Source: Chloroflexota bacterium
GTDB taxonomy: Bacteria > Chloroflexota > UBA6077 > FW602-bin22
Length of the DNA stretch: 64,000 nt
Direction of reading: 5' to 3'
Assembly: GCA_016875715.1 (NCBI GenBank)
Contig: VGOZ01000001.1
Span: forward strand, 41,690-105,689
Shown: positions 52,756 to 62,208 of the stretch, in pieces
Layout of the letters: every line of letters begins with the position of its first letter
Numbering within the stretch: the first letter of the stretch is position 1
Notes under the pieces: generated by a model
Told to the model about the DNA's origin: nothing
What the model saw: only the letters and a program-made list of their open reading frames with translations
The model's database searches: none
Made by a program: the position numbers and the translations under genes

Positions 52756-54147
52756 GTGCGCCCCTCATCGGCGCCGGCCCGTGTCCTGGATCGGATCGGT
52801 TCGGCCTTTCGCGCCCGGCGCGTCCCGATCTATCTGGTCGGCGGTTCGGTGAGAGACGAGCTCCTCGACCGCGTTCACGAGGATCTGGATCTCACCACGC
52901 CAGCGGAGCCGCCGCACGTCCGCGAGATCCTGCGCGATGCCGCACCGCGTGCAATCTTCGACGTTGGCGAGCGATTTGGCACCATCGGCGCGATGTTCGA
53001 CGACGAGGACGGTCCGATGAAGGTGGAGGTGACGACCTACCGATCGGACAGCTACGTGTCGGGGTCACGGAAGCCGGGCGTGACCTTCGGGACTTCGTTG
53101 GTCGACGATCTAGCGCGACGCGACTTCTCCATCAATGCGATGGCCCGCGCCGTCGACGAGGACGAGATCATCGACCCGTTCGGCGGACAGATCGACCTCC
53201 GGGCGCGACGCGTGCGCGCAGTGGGTGAAGCTGCCTCTCGTTTCGCCGAGGATCCGCTAAGAATGCTCCGCGCCGTCCGCTTCGCGGCGCAACTTGGGTT
53301 CTCGATCGAGCGCGAAACAGCCGATGCGATCGTGGAGAGCGCGAGGACCCTGGCGACGATCTCCCGAGAGCGAGTCGTCGAGGAGATGCACCGTATCCTC
53401 CTCAGCGACGAGGTGGCCCGCGGCCTCGAGTTGCTCGTCGAGTTTGGCTTGATGGAGTGGATCATCCCCGAACTTCTGGCGCTGATCGAGACGACGGATG
53501 GCAACCGCACGAAGCATGTGTTCGCCCATACCGTGCGCGTAGTGGAGAACGCTCCGCCGGTCCTCGTCACCCGCTGGGCAGCCCTGCTGCACGATATTGG
53601 CAAGCCATCTACCCGAATTGTCGTCGACGGTGAGGTGCACTTTCCCGGCCATGAAGTCGTCGGCGAATCACTCGCCCGAGCGATCTTGCAGCGCCTTCGG
53701 CTTGAAGGCGATCTGAACGAGCGGATCGCCCGCCTCGTTGGACTCCACATGCGGGTGAACCAGTACTCAGACGAATGGACCGACGGCGCGATTCGACGGC
53801 TGATGCGGGAAGCGGGTGATGACTTCGGTACTCTGCTTGACCTCTCCGCAGCGGACGTCACCAGCGCCCGCACTCACCGCGTCGCTCGCGCGCGTGGCAG
53901 GGTTGCCGCGCTACGCCGGCGAGCGGGCGATCTCGTCGCGCGGGAAGCGATCAGCGATCTGCGCAGCCCTCTGGATGGAACCGAACTGATGGCGCTGTTC
54001 GGGCGATCGCCGGGGCCCTGGATTCGGCCCATCAAGGCGCACCTGCTGGATCTCGTCCTGGACGGAAGTCTCGCGACGTCGGACAAGGAGGCGGCGCGCG
54101 ACATCGCGCTCGCTTTCGTCGCAACGAGCCAGGAACGGGAGGCCTGA
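52756..54147 (+). CDS. cca: CCA tRNA nucleotidyltransferase (PolyA_pol family with HD domain)
   Basis: It has IYLVGGSVRDELLDR, DLDLTT, RDFSINAMA and the HD motif LLHDIGKP. Confidence 0.85.
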   Translation: MRPSSAPARVLDRIGSAFRARRVPIYLVGGSVRDELLDRVHEDLDLTTPAEPPHVREILRDAAPRAIFDVGERFGTIGAMFDDEDGPMKVEVTTYRSDSYVSGSRKPGVTFGTSLVDDLARRDFSINAMARAVDEDEIIDPFGGQIDLRARRVRAVGEAASRFAEDPLRMLRAVRFAAQLGFSIERETADAIVESARTLATISRERVVEEMHRILLSDEVARGLELLVEFGLMEWIIPELLALIETTDGNRTKHVFAHTVRVVENAPPVLVTRWAALLHDIGKPSTRIVVDGEVHFPGHEVVGESLARAILQRLRLEGDLNERIARLVGLHMRVNQYSDEWTDGAIRRLMREAGDDFGTLLDLSAADVTSARTHRVARARGRVAALRRRAGDLVAREAISDLRSPLDGTELMALFGRSPGPWIRPIKAHLLDLVLDGSLATSDKEAARDIALAFVATSQEREA

Positions 54148-55332
54148 ATGGCGCGCATCGAGATCGAAGGTGCGACGCGGGTGTTCCGGGGCGGCCGTGC
54201 CGTGGCGCTCAGCCAGGCCCGCACGTTCGAGGCCCTGGAGCAGGGAACCGGGGTTGGCGATGCGCATTCCCCTGCGGCCGTCGCTCCTGTCGCCGAGGTG
54301 CGGGCGCTCGATGGCATCGACCTCACGATTGAGGACGGCGAGACCGTTAGTGTCATCGGCCCCTCGGGATGTGGGAAGTCGACCCTCCTGAAGGTGATCG
54401 CCGGTCTCGAGTCGCTCGATGCGGGAACCGTGCGCTACGACGGCGTTGATATGACCGACGTCTCGCCGGGCGACCGAGGCATCGGTATGGTGTTTCAGAA
54501 CTACGCGCTCTATCCGCACATGGAGGCGCGTAAGAACCTCGCCTTCTTCTTCTGGGTGCGCAAGCGAGACATCGAGGTAAACGAACGCGTCCGCATCACC
54601 TCTGAGATCATGGGGCTCGGCTTCGAACAGTTGCTCGACCGCAAGCCAAAGACACTGTCGGGCGGGCAGCAGCAGCGCGTCGCGATCGCGCGGTGCATCG
54701 TGCGCGATCCACGTCTGTTCCTGTTCGACGAGCCGCTCTCGAACCTCGACGCGAAACTACGCTCGCGGACACGCATAGAGGTCAAGCGACTCCTGTCCCG
54801 ATTCCGGATCACGGCCGTCTACGTCACGCACGATCAGGTCGAGGCTCTCGCCCTGGCCGATCGTGTCGCGGTCATGCGCAGCGGACGGATCGAACAGATC
54901 GGTACCTACGCCGAGATTTATCACGGGCCGCGGAACGCCTTCGTGGCTGGCTTCGTCGGCGCGCTACCGGCTACGTTTCTCACCGGCGAGATCGCTGATG
55001 GCACTGTGCGGGTGGCCAGCTTCAAGATCCCCCTCTCCGACGCCGCCAGATTCACTGTTGGCCCTCGGCGGCGGGTGCTGGTTGGGATTCGTCCGGAGCA
55101 TCTCGGCACGGATCTCGAGGATGACTCCGCGCCTCGCGGTTTCGTAGAGGTCATCGAACCGCTGGTCTCCGAGCGGGCGCAACTGCTCCACGTGCGACTC
55201 CCAACCGACGAAGCGCTGGTGGCGCGGATCGATGGCGGAATCGCGGTCAATCGGGGCGATCGCGTTCCCCTCGCGATCCGTCCGGAACGGCTGATGCTGT
55301 TCGATCTGGAGACGGAGATGGCACTGACCTGA
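54148..55332 (+). CDS. ABC transporter ATP-binding protein, MalK/UgpC-like, with a roughly 35-aa N-terminal insertion
   Basis: It has Walker A GPSGCGKSTLLKVIAGLE, signature LSGGQQQRVAIARC and Walker B LFLFDEPLSNLD, with a TOBE-like C-terminus. There is no cognate permease on the same strand. Confidence 0.85.
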   Translation: MARIEIEGATRVFRGGRAVALSQARTFEALEQGTGVGDAHSPAAVAPVAEVRALDGIDLTIEDGETVSVIGPSGCGKSTLLKVIAGLESLDAGTVRYDGVDMTDVSPGDRGIGMVFQNYALYPHMEARKNLAFFFWVRKRDIEVNERVRITSEIMGLGFEQLLDRKPKTLSGGQQQRVAIARCIVRDPRLFLFDEPLSNLDAKLRSRTRIEVKRLLSRFRITAVYVTHDQVEALALADRVAVMRSGRIEQIGTYAEIYHGPRNAFVAGFVGALPATFLTGEIADGTVRVASFKIPLSDAARFTVGPRRRVLVGIRPEHLGTDLEDDSAPRGFVEVIEPLVSERAQLLHVRLPTDEALVARIDGGIAVNRGDRVPLAIRPERLMLFDLETEMALT

Positions 55333-56323
55333 CGCGCGCCTCGCTCTGCCACCCCTCGTAGATGTCGGCGAAGACATCGTCGATGGGCACGGGGTGCGAC
55401 TCGACGTCGACGATCGGTGCCGAGATCGCGAACGTGTCCAGCAGCGCCTGAATCGGCGTCCGCTGCGCGTCGTACTGGTACGTGTGAAACTCGCCGCGCG
55501 ACTCAACCAGGTGGGCAGCATCGATCGCTGGCGGTGTGGCAACCGGCGATTCGATGGTGATCCGTCGCTGGCTTCCGTGGGCGCGTCGGAGTTGCTGGAA
55601 GCTGCCATCGAACGCGATGCGTCCCCGGTTGATGAGAATCGCGCGCGCTGCCAGTTGCTCCAGGTCGCCCATGTCGTGACTCGTCACGAAGATCGTCGTG
55701 CCCTGCTCGCGATTGATCTGTTTGAGGAGCCGCAGGATCGAACGCTTGGCGAGGACGTCCAGTCCCAGCGTCGGCTCGTCGAGAAAGAGGATCTCCGGTT
55801 CGTGCAGCAGCGCGAGGCCGAGGTCGGCCCGCATGCGCTGCCCCAGGCTGAGTTCCCGCGCCAGGGTGTTCCAGGTCTCATCCAGACCGAGCGTTCGGCA
55901 AACGATGGGCAGCATCCGCCCATAGGTGTCCTGGCTGATGTTCCAGACAACCCGACGCCACTCGAAGGACGCCGAAATTGGCTGATCCCACCAGAGTTCC
56001 GTGCGCTGCCCGAAGACGACGCCGATCCTGCCGACGTACCTCGCGCGGTCACCAGTTGGGTTCACCCCGAGTGACCGGATGATTCCGCGATCGGGCACGA
56101 GAAGGCCGGTCAGTACCTTGATGAGCGTGCTCTTTCCCGCGCCGTTCGGTCCGGCACACGCCACGATCTCGGCGGCATCCACGCCGAAAGTGACACCGGC
56201 CAGCGCTTGGACGGTTTCTACCGGTGGCCGCAAGAGGGCGCGCAGCGTGCCGCGGATATCCTTGGCCGGCCGCCGCTGTCGGTACGTCTTGTGGACGTCG
56301 CTGACGCTAACGACGGTGCCCAA
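55247..56323 (-). CDS. ABC-2-type transporter ATP-binding protein
   Basis: It has GPNGAGKSTLIKVLTGL, LSLGQRMRADLGLALL and ILFLDEPTLGLD. The start is probably the TTG at 56323 (LGTVVSVSDVHKTY); the ORF-track start of 56440 lies inside the upstream gene. The 3' end overlaps the convergent gene by 86 nt. Confidence 0.8.
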   Translation of the reverse strand: MGTVVSVSDVHKTYRQRRPAKDIRGTLRALLRPPVETVQALAGVTFGVDAAEIVACAGPNGAGKSTLIKVLTGLLVPDRGIIRSLGVNPTGDRARYVGRIGVVFGQRTELWWDQPISASFEWRRVVWNISQDTYGRMLPIVCRTLGLDETWNTLARELSLGQRMRADLGLALLHEPEILFLDEPTLGLDVLAKRSILRLLKQINREQGTTIFVTSHDMGDLEQLAARAILINRGRIAFDGSFQQLRRAHGSQRRITIESPVATPPAIDAAHLVESRGEFHTYQYDAQRTPIQALLDTFAISAPIVDVESHPVPIDDVFADIYEGWQSEARVRSVPSPSPDRTASAVPDGSRGERDRPD

Positions 56324-57143
56324 AGTCGGTGTACCTCCACGAGCCCGTGCGCAGATAGTGACGCAGACCCAACCGCAGGCACAGTATCGCGATCCCGGCG
56401 AAGGCGACTGCGGCCAGCGGCGTCGCGACCAGCGCCTCAACGGACGGTTCCGACGCCGTGAGAACCCTCGCCGGCAGCCATCCGACGAAGCCTGCCGGCG
56501 CGACGGTGAGCAGGGCGACTGTGAGCGCGCCGCCTACGCGATCGAGAGGAAACCCTTTCAGTCCGGTCACCACATCGAAGGCGGCGCTGCTGACTTCCTC
56601 GGCTCCGCGCGGCGACCAGAAGGCGAGTGTTGCCCAGATAGTCGAGAAACTGACCGCGATCGCTGTCGCGGCCACGACGTGAACGCACAGCAGTGTCATC
56701 CAGAGCGGCGTGATCACAATACCGAGACCGCTCGCGGCAATGGAGAGGCCGATGATCCCGGTCAATACGCTGCCAGACCCACTCAGCGGCGCGAATCCCT
56801 CGGTGAGCAGGCACTGCCGCAGAGGTTGGGGCTGAAGCAGGCTGTGATCGAGCTGGCCGCGGCCGATGCGGCGGGAGAGAAACGCGACGTTGAACTGAAA
56901 GAAGCTGGCGACCACACCGTCCACTAGGACGCCGAAGGCGCCCAGGAACAGGATGCGCGAGGCGGGCCACTCTCCGATCGACTCGAACCGAGTCGCGAGG
57001 AGGACCACGCCGGCGACCGCTGAGCTCGCAATGATCCCGTCCGAAACGATGTACACAATCGCTCGCTCCGGGCTCCGCAGGACGAAGATGAGATCGAGGA
57101 AGAGATGCACGCGCCAGAGCGCGAGCACGCGGCGCAGGCTCAC
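56307..57143 (-). CDS. ABC-2 family transporter permease
   Basis: 278 aa with about 6 hydrophobic spans. It lies in an operon with the ABC-2 ATPase and a second permease. Confidence 0.65.
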   Translation of the reverse strand: MSLRRVLALWRVHLFLDLIFVLRSPERAIVYIVSDGIIASSAVAGVVLLATRFESIGEWPASRILFLGAFGVLVDGVVASFFQFNVAFLSRRIGRGQLDHSLLQPQPLRQCLLTEGFAPLSGSGSVLTGIIGLSIAASGLGIVITPLWMTLLCVHVVAATAIAVSFSTIWATLAFWSPRGAEEVSSAAFDVVTGLKGFPLDRVGGALTVALLTVAPAGFVGWLPARVLTASEPSVEALVATPLAAVAFAGIAILCLRLGLRHYLRTGSWRYTDFGHRR

Positions 57144-57144
57144 C

Positions 57145-57951
57145 TCATCCCCCCAGCGCGCTGAGGCGCGTCCGGGACCGTGCCCACGCCCACCCGGCGA
57201 TCAGCCATAGCGTGACCGCCCAGAACGTCTGCAGTGCCAGGGTCCCGATCGCCGCGCTGGTCCCGACGTAGAGCGTGAGCGGTGCGCTCGCGACGGAGGC
57301 GAAGGGCGACCACCGCAGCACGTCACCCAGTCCCCAGGGGAGCAGTGCGAGGGGAATCATCTGGCCCGAGAGCAGCACGGCGGTGGCACCGCGCAACTGC
57401 TCGATGACCCAGACGTTCGATCGGGTCCCGATGATGATCGATCCGAAGATGAACTCGATCGCCAATCCTACGGTGACAGCGAGCACGAGCGATAGGAGAA
57501 CGACCGGCAGCGGCGATCGGGGCGCCATGAGGTGCCCTGTCGCCGCACCGAGGCCGAGCGCGATCGGTCCGAAGGTCATGAATCGGAGCGACCATCGGCC
57601 GAACGCCTCGGCCGTGTAGGTTCCTACGAGGCCGACAGGCTGGAGTGTCCGGCCGACGATCGAGCCGTTCCAGATCGTATCGCGCAGTTCGGTCCGTGCG
57701 GCGAGGGGCTCGGCAAACACCTCCGCGAGGATCGTGTAGGTCGCTAGCGCCACGAAGGAGTAGGTCGCGACCTCGGCGCCGCCCTCGACCAGCGTTTGCC
57801 AGATCGCGATCAGGATGAAGACGCGCAGTCCGCTGAGGGCGAAGCCAAACCCGTAGAAGATCCCCCCTTCGGCGCGGCTCCGCGCAGCCAGGCGCATCGT
57901 GGCGAAGTACGCCCGCCGCGATGGCGCGTCGAGCGTCGGCCGGATCGACAC
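57145..57951 (-). CDS. ABC-2 family transporter permease
   Basis: 268 aa and polytopic. It lies 1 nt upstream of the next permease. Its GTG start lies 6 nt behind a TAGAAT hexamer. Confidence 0.65.
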   Translation of the reverse strand: MSIRPTLDAPSRRAYFATMRLAARSRAEGGIFYGFGFALSGLRVFILIAIWQTLVEGGAEVATYSFVALATYTILAEVFAEPLAARTELRDTIWNGSIVGRTLQPVGLVGTYTAEAFGRWSLRFMTFGPIALGLGAATGHLMAPRSPLPVVLLSLVLAVTVGLAIEFIFGSIIIGTRSNVWVIEQLRGATAVLLSGQMIPLALLPWGLGDVLRWSPFASVASAPLTLYVGTSAAIGTLALQTFWAVTLWLIAGWAWARSRTRLSALGG

Positions 57952-57984
57952 GGGCGCATTCTAGGAATCGCCTACGCTTCGTTC

Positions 57985-59025
57985 GTGCGCTCGGTGTGCC
58001 TCCTGGTGCTCGCCGCAGCGCTCCAGATTCTCACTGCCTACGGGCCACCTGCCCTGGTCGAGGAACCGTTCGGCAATGCGCCGATCACCGCCGCAACCAT
58101 CGCGGCCCTCGATCGCGCTCGCGCGCCATCCGTCCAGGCGCGCGCGGCCATCGCCTTCGACGTGACCACGCGCACCGTCGCCTATGCGAAGGAATCGGAT
58201 ACCCGTCTGCCCAACGCAAGCACGACGAAGATCGTTACCGCGCTGGTGGCGGTGGACTTGCTCGCTCCAGACGCTCGCTATCCGGTGACCGTGGCGGCGG
58301 AGGATCTTCCCGGACATTCGATCGCCGGGCTTCGTCGGGGCGATCGTCTCCTGGGACGGGACCTGCTGTACGGATTGCTGCTTCCGTCCGGCAATGACGC
58401 GGCGCTCACCATCGCAGATGGCGCGTCGGGCTCCGCAGCACGATTCGTCGGGCTGATGAACGAACGGGCCGCGGCGCTGGGGATGCGAAACACGCGATTC
58501 GCCAATCCGCACGGCTTCGACGCGCCGGATCACTTCAGCAGTGCGCGCGACCTCGCCATTGCTGCGGCGGCGTTACTGGCCGATCCGCGACTGGCTCCGA
58601 TCGTCCGTACGAAGCAGCACACCGCACTCGGAACGTGGCGATACGATTGGGCGAATCTCAATCAGCTCCTGACGACACGCGGCGACGTCACAGGAGTCAA
58701 GACGGGGACATCCGACCTGGCCGGGCCGTCGCTCGTGGCGAGCGCTCGTCGGGGCGATCGTGACGTGATCGTCGTGTTACTCGGATCCCCCGATCGCTAT
58801 GCCGAGGCGGGGCGTCTGCTCGATGCACTGTTCGAGCAATTCGCGATCGTGGATGGCCGCGCGCCGTCCTCACCCCTGGTGGCAAACCGTGGATCCTTGC
58901 GATCGCCACGCCTCGTCCCTGCGTGGCAGCGCCCGCTATGGTGGGTTGATCTGCGGGTTCCGGCGGCCCAGGGCGGTCCCGCGCTGATGCACGGCGCTGA
59001 GAGAATACGAGTGCCAGATGCCTGA
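57985..59025 (+). CDS. D-alanyl-D-alanine carboxypeptidase (serine peptidase S11, PBP5-type)
   Basis: The GTG at 57985 gives the signal-like MRSVCLLVLAAALQILTA. The motifs are SxxK (NASTTKIVTA), SxN (LPSGNDAA) and KTG (GVKTGTS). Confidence 0.85.
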   Translation: MRSVCLLVLAAALQILTAYGPPALVEEPFGNAPITAATIAALDRARAPSVQARAAIAFDVTTRTVAYAKESDTRLPNASTTKIVTALVAVDLLAPDARYPVTVAAEDLPGHSIAGLRRGDRLLGRDLLYGLLLPSGNDAALTIADGASGSAARFVGLMNERAAALGMRNTRFANPHGFDAPDHFSSARDLAIAAAALLADPRLAPIVRTKQHTALGTWRYDWANLNQLLTTRGDVTGVKTGTSDLAGPSLVASARRGDRDVIVVLLGSPDRYAEAGRLLDALFEQFAIVDGRAPSSPLVANRGSLRSPRLVPAWQRPLWWVDLRVPAAQGGPALMHGAERIRVPDA

Positions 59026-59842
59026 GGACTCGGATATCCGCTCGGGCGAGCGGCTTCAGAAGGTGCTCGCGCGCGCCGGTGTCGCGTCGCGCCGGCATGC
59101 GGAGACGCTCATTGTCGGCGGGCGGGTAACGGTCAACGATCGCATCGTCGCCGAACTTGGCACCCGCGTCCGACCCGAGGATTCGATCGCGGTCGATGGC
59201 CGCCCGGTCCAGCGCGAGGCGGAGCGCGTCTGGCTCGCGATGCACAAGCCGCCGATGGTCATCGCGACGGTTCGCGACCCACGGGGACGGACGACGGTGG
59301 TCGATCTTCTGCCGCCGGGCCTCCCTCCCCTGTACCCGGTCGGGCGCCTCGACTGGGACAGTGAAGGGTTGATTCTGCTGACGAACGATGGCGAACTCGC
59401 GCATCGCGTCATGCACCCTCGCTATGGGGTGCCGCGGGAATACCACGTGCTGTTGCGGTCCGCCCTCGATCCGTCGGATGTGACCAGTCTTGAGGCGGGA
59501 GTTCCATTGGACGATGGCCCGAGCGCGCCAGTCCTCGTGTATCCCCTGCGCACGACGGCCCATGGGCACTGGCTCTCTATCTCGATGCGCGAGGGCCGTA
59601 ATCGCCAGATCCGGCGGATGTTTGCCGCGCTGGGGCGTGAGGTGCTCCGGCTGGTGAGAGTGCGGCATGGCCCGATCGACCTGGACGACCTGCCGCCGGG
59701 CGCGACCAGGGGGCTGTCCCAGGCGGAGGTCACATTTCTCCTGCGCTCCACCGGGCTCAGGTCAGCCGCGACTACCGCTTCACCAAGCCGGCGTAACTCT
59801 GCAACAGTTTCTTCACGCCGATCCCGGGAAACGCGACCGTGA
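59018..59842 (+). CDS. rluB: pseudouridine synthase, RsuA/RluB family
   Basis: It has an S4 domain (ERLQKVLARAGVASRRHAETLIVGGRVTVN) and the catalytic GRLDWDSEGLILLTNDGELAHRV. The Arg/Ser-rich tail overlaps the pcrA 3' end. Confidence 0.85.
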   Translation: MPEDSDIRSGERLQKVLARAGVASRRHAETLIVGGRVTVNDRIVAELGTRVRPEDSIAVDGRPVQREAERVWLAMHKPPMVIATVRDPRGRTTVVDLLPPGLPPLYPVGRLDWDSEGLILLTNDGELAHRVMHPRYGVPREYHVLLRSALDPSDVTSLEAGVPLDDGPSAPVLVYPLRTTAHGHWLSISMREGRNRQIRRMFAALGREVLRLVRVRHGPIDLDDLPPGATRGLSQAEVTFLLRSTGLRSAATTASPSRRNSATVSSRRSRETRP

Positions 59843-61955
59843 TCTCCTCGTCGCCCTTCGCCAGCACGGCAGAGACAACGATACCCTCGCCGAACTTCGC
59901 GTGGTGGACGCGATCTCCCGGGCCGAAAGACGGCTCCTGAAGCGCGACGACATTCGCGGTACCGTCTGATTCGCGGACGTCGATCGCCGGTGCACGTCGG
60001 CTGACCGCGACCTCGCCCAGTCCCGGTCCGCGGGCCACCTGGCGTGGAATATCGAGCAGGAAGCGGGAGGGTGCATTGCGCATGGCGCTGCCGAACAGGG
60101 CCCGCCGCGCCGCATACACCAGGCTCAGCCGCTCCCTTGCCCGCGTGACGGCGACGTAGGCGAGGCGCCGCTCCTCCTCCATTTGTTCCTCGTTTTCGAA
60201 CGATCGGCTGTGCGGGGAGATGCCCTCCTCCATTCCGATCATGTAAACGACAGGAAACTCGAGCCCCTTCGCGGCGTGAAAGGTGATGAGCGAGACGGCG
60301 TCATTGGTCTCGTCCACTCCGTCGGTGTCGCTGACGAGCGCAGTCTCCTCCAGGAAGGCCGCCAGGCCGGCCTCGCCGTCCAGTCCGGCGTACTGGTTCG
60401 CGACCGTGCCGAGTTCCTGCACGTTCAGCCAGCGTTCCTCTCCCTCGGGCGTTCCGTCGCGGAGGTGTTTTTCGTAGCCAGATTCCTTAAGCAGCAGGTC
60501 GAGCAGGCGCGCGACATCGAGTTTCGATCGGGCGGCGCGCACGCGGTCGACGATGCCGGCGAACTCGACGAGCGACCTCTGGGCACGCGGCGTCAAGATG
60601 GCGCGCGACGAATCGAGGGTTGTGAGATTCTGGAGCAGTGCATAGCGGCCGATGCCCCGCTCGGCCGCAGCGCGCCCGATCTCGGTCACCGACTTGTCGC
60701 CGATCCCGCGCGGGGGAACGTTCAGGACCCGTTCGAGCGCCGCGTCGTCGGCCGGATTGTGCACCAGGCGGAGGTAACAGAGAACATCCTTGATCTCCTT
60801 GCGTTCGAAGAAGCGCACGCCGACGACGGTGTGCGGAATCCGATATCGAACCAGCGCCTTCTCGACCGCCCGGGACTGCGCGTTGGTGCGGTAGAGCACG
60901 GCGAAGTCGCGATAGGTACGGCCTTGCGTCACCTGGCGCTGGATGTCGTTGACGAGGAACGCGGCTTCCTGATCCTCGTCGTACGCTTCGAATATCCGCA
61001 GCGGCTCTCCTCGTCCGTTGTCCGTCCAGAGCCGCTTGGCCTTGCGCTGTGTGTTCGGTGCGATGATTGCCTGTGCCGCGTCGATGATGTTGCGGGTCGA
61101 GCGGTAGTTCTGCTCGAGCATGACGACCCCGGCGTCGGGGAAGTCCCGCTCGAAATCCAGAAGGTTGCGGTAATTGGCGCCGCGCCACGAATACACGCTC
61201 TGGTCCTCATCGCCGACGACGCAGAGGTTGCGATGTTTCCCCGAGAGGAGCCTTACGATGTCGTACTGTGCGGCATTCGTGTCCTGGAACTCGTCGACCA
61301 TGACGTGGTGGTAGCGCTCCTGGTAGTGCTCCAGCGTGGGCACCTGATCGTGAAACAGGCGAACCGTTTCGATCAGGATATCGTCGAAGTCCAGGGCATT
61401 TCTCCGCCGCAGCGCATCCTGGTAGCCTCGATACACGCGCACGACGATCTCGTCCCAGTACGATCCGACCGCACGCGCCGCCTGCTCAGGGCTCTTGAGC
61501 TCGGTCTTCAGGCGGGAGATGCTGCCCAGGATGCCGCGCGGCGGAAATCGGCGGTCGTCCAGATTGAGGTTCTTAAGCTCCTCACGGACGATCGCCATCT
61601 GATCGGTGTCGTCGTAGATCGTGAAGTTGGGGTTGACACCGATCGGTTCGCCGTCGCGCCGGAGAACGCGCGCACAGACAGCATGGAAGGTTCCCACGGT
61701 GAGTCCGCGAATCTCGCCATCGAGCAGCGCGCTGGTGCGCTCGACCATCTCGCGGGCCGCCTTGTTCGTGAATGTGACGGCGGCGATCTGAAACGGAGAG
61801 ACGCGGGCGCGCCGGATGAGATGGGCGATCCGATGGGTGATGACGCGGGTCTTGCCCGAACCAGGTCCGGCGACGATGAGAAGGGGACCGTCCACCCACT
61901 CGACCGCCCGCCGCTGCATGGCGTTCAGATCGACAGCCAGCGTCGAGGTCGTCAT
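59772..61955 (-). CDS. pcrA: ATP-dependent DNA helicase PcrA/UvrD
   Basis: It has AGPGSGKTRVITHRIAHLI (Walker A), VDEFQDTN, VGDEDQSVYSWRGA, TFHAAKGLEF and VAVTRARERL. Confidence 0.92.
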   Translation of the reverse strand: MTTSTLAVDLNAMQRRAVEWVDGPLLIVAGPGSGKTRVITHRIAHLIRRARVSPFQIAAVTFTNKAAREMVERTSALLDGEIRGLTVGTFHAVCARVLRRDGEPIGVNPNFTIYDDTDQMAIVREELKNLNLDDRRFPPRGILGSISRLKTELKSPEQAARAVGSYWDEIVVRVYRGYQDALRRRNALDFDDILIETVRLFHDQVPTLEHYQERYHHVMVDEFQDTNAAQYDIVRLLSGKHRNLCVVGDEDQSVYSWRGANYRNLLDFERDFPDAGVVMLEQNYRSTRNIIDAAQAIIAPNTQRKAKRLWTDNGRGEPLRIFEAYDEDQEAAFLVNDIQRQVTQGRTYRDFAVLYRTNAQSRAVEKALVRYRIPHTVVGVRFFERKEIKDVLCYLRLVHNPADDAALERVLNVPPRGIGDKSVTEIGRAAAERGIGRYALLQNLTTLDSSRAILTPRAQRSLVEFAGIVDRVRAARSKLDVARLLDLLLKESGYEKHLRDGTPEGEERWLNVQELGTVANQYAGLDGEAGLAAFLEETALVSDTDGVDETNDAVSLITFHAAKGLEFPVVYMIGMEEGISPHSRSFENEEQMEEERRLAYVAVTRARERLSLVYAARRALFGSAMRNAPSRFLLDIPRQVARGPGLGEVAVSRRAPAIDVRESDGTANVVALQEPSFGPGDRVHHAKFGEGIVVSAVLAKGDEEITVAFPGIGVKKLLQSYAGLVKR

Positions 61956-61961
61956 TCGCGA

Positions 61962-61972
61962 ACTATACTTTT
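61962..61972. promoter_or_regulatory. ACTATACTTTT motif (copy 2): overlapping divergent -10 hexamers between pcrA and the zinc-ribbon gene
   Basis: The minus-strand TATAGT (61967..61962) lies 6 nt before the pcrA ATG at 61955. The plus-strand TATACT (61964-61969) lies 20 nt before the GTG at 61990. Confidence 0.45.
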
Positions 61973-61989
61973 GGTCTCGAGGTGCTCTA

Positions 61990-62208
61990 GTGGAGCTGGC
62001 GAGCAGCGGGCTGCTGCTCTTGGTATTTATCGCGGGCGCCTACGCTGTCACGCGATTCCTTAACCAGCCGAGACTCTTGTGCACGCGCTGCGAGGGCACC
62101 GGGCTCGTGGACGAGAAATGGCCCGATCCGAAAAAAGAGGGTGGATGGCACCGTCTCGAGGGCAAGTGTCCAAAATGCCGCGGTAAGGGCAGGGTCTCCG
62201 GACGCTGA
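61990..62208 (+). CDS. small membrane-anchored zinc-ribbon protein
   Basis: The GTG at 61990 gives 72 aa. The TM helix is LASSGLLLLVFIAGAYAVTRFL, followed by CTRCEGTG...CPKCRGKG (two CxxC knuckles, DnaJ-CR-like). Confidence 0.45.
   Translation: MELASSGLLLLVFIAGAYAVTRFLNQPRLLCTRCEGTGLVDEKWPDPKKEGGWHRLEGKCPKCRGKGRVSGR

Noticed and set aside
60183-62063. A 626-aa plus-strand ORF opposite pcrA. Similar long antisense ORFs occur at 32668..34218, 4802..6121, 26209..27336, 6194..7510 and 8464..9087.
   Set aside because: These are classic high-GC shadow ORFs. They have Arg/Gly/Asp-rich low-information translations and no recognisable motifs, and each lies opposite or out of frame to a gene with strong family signatures.
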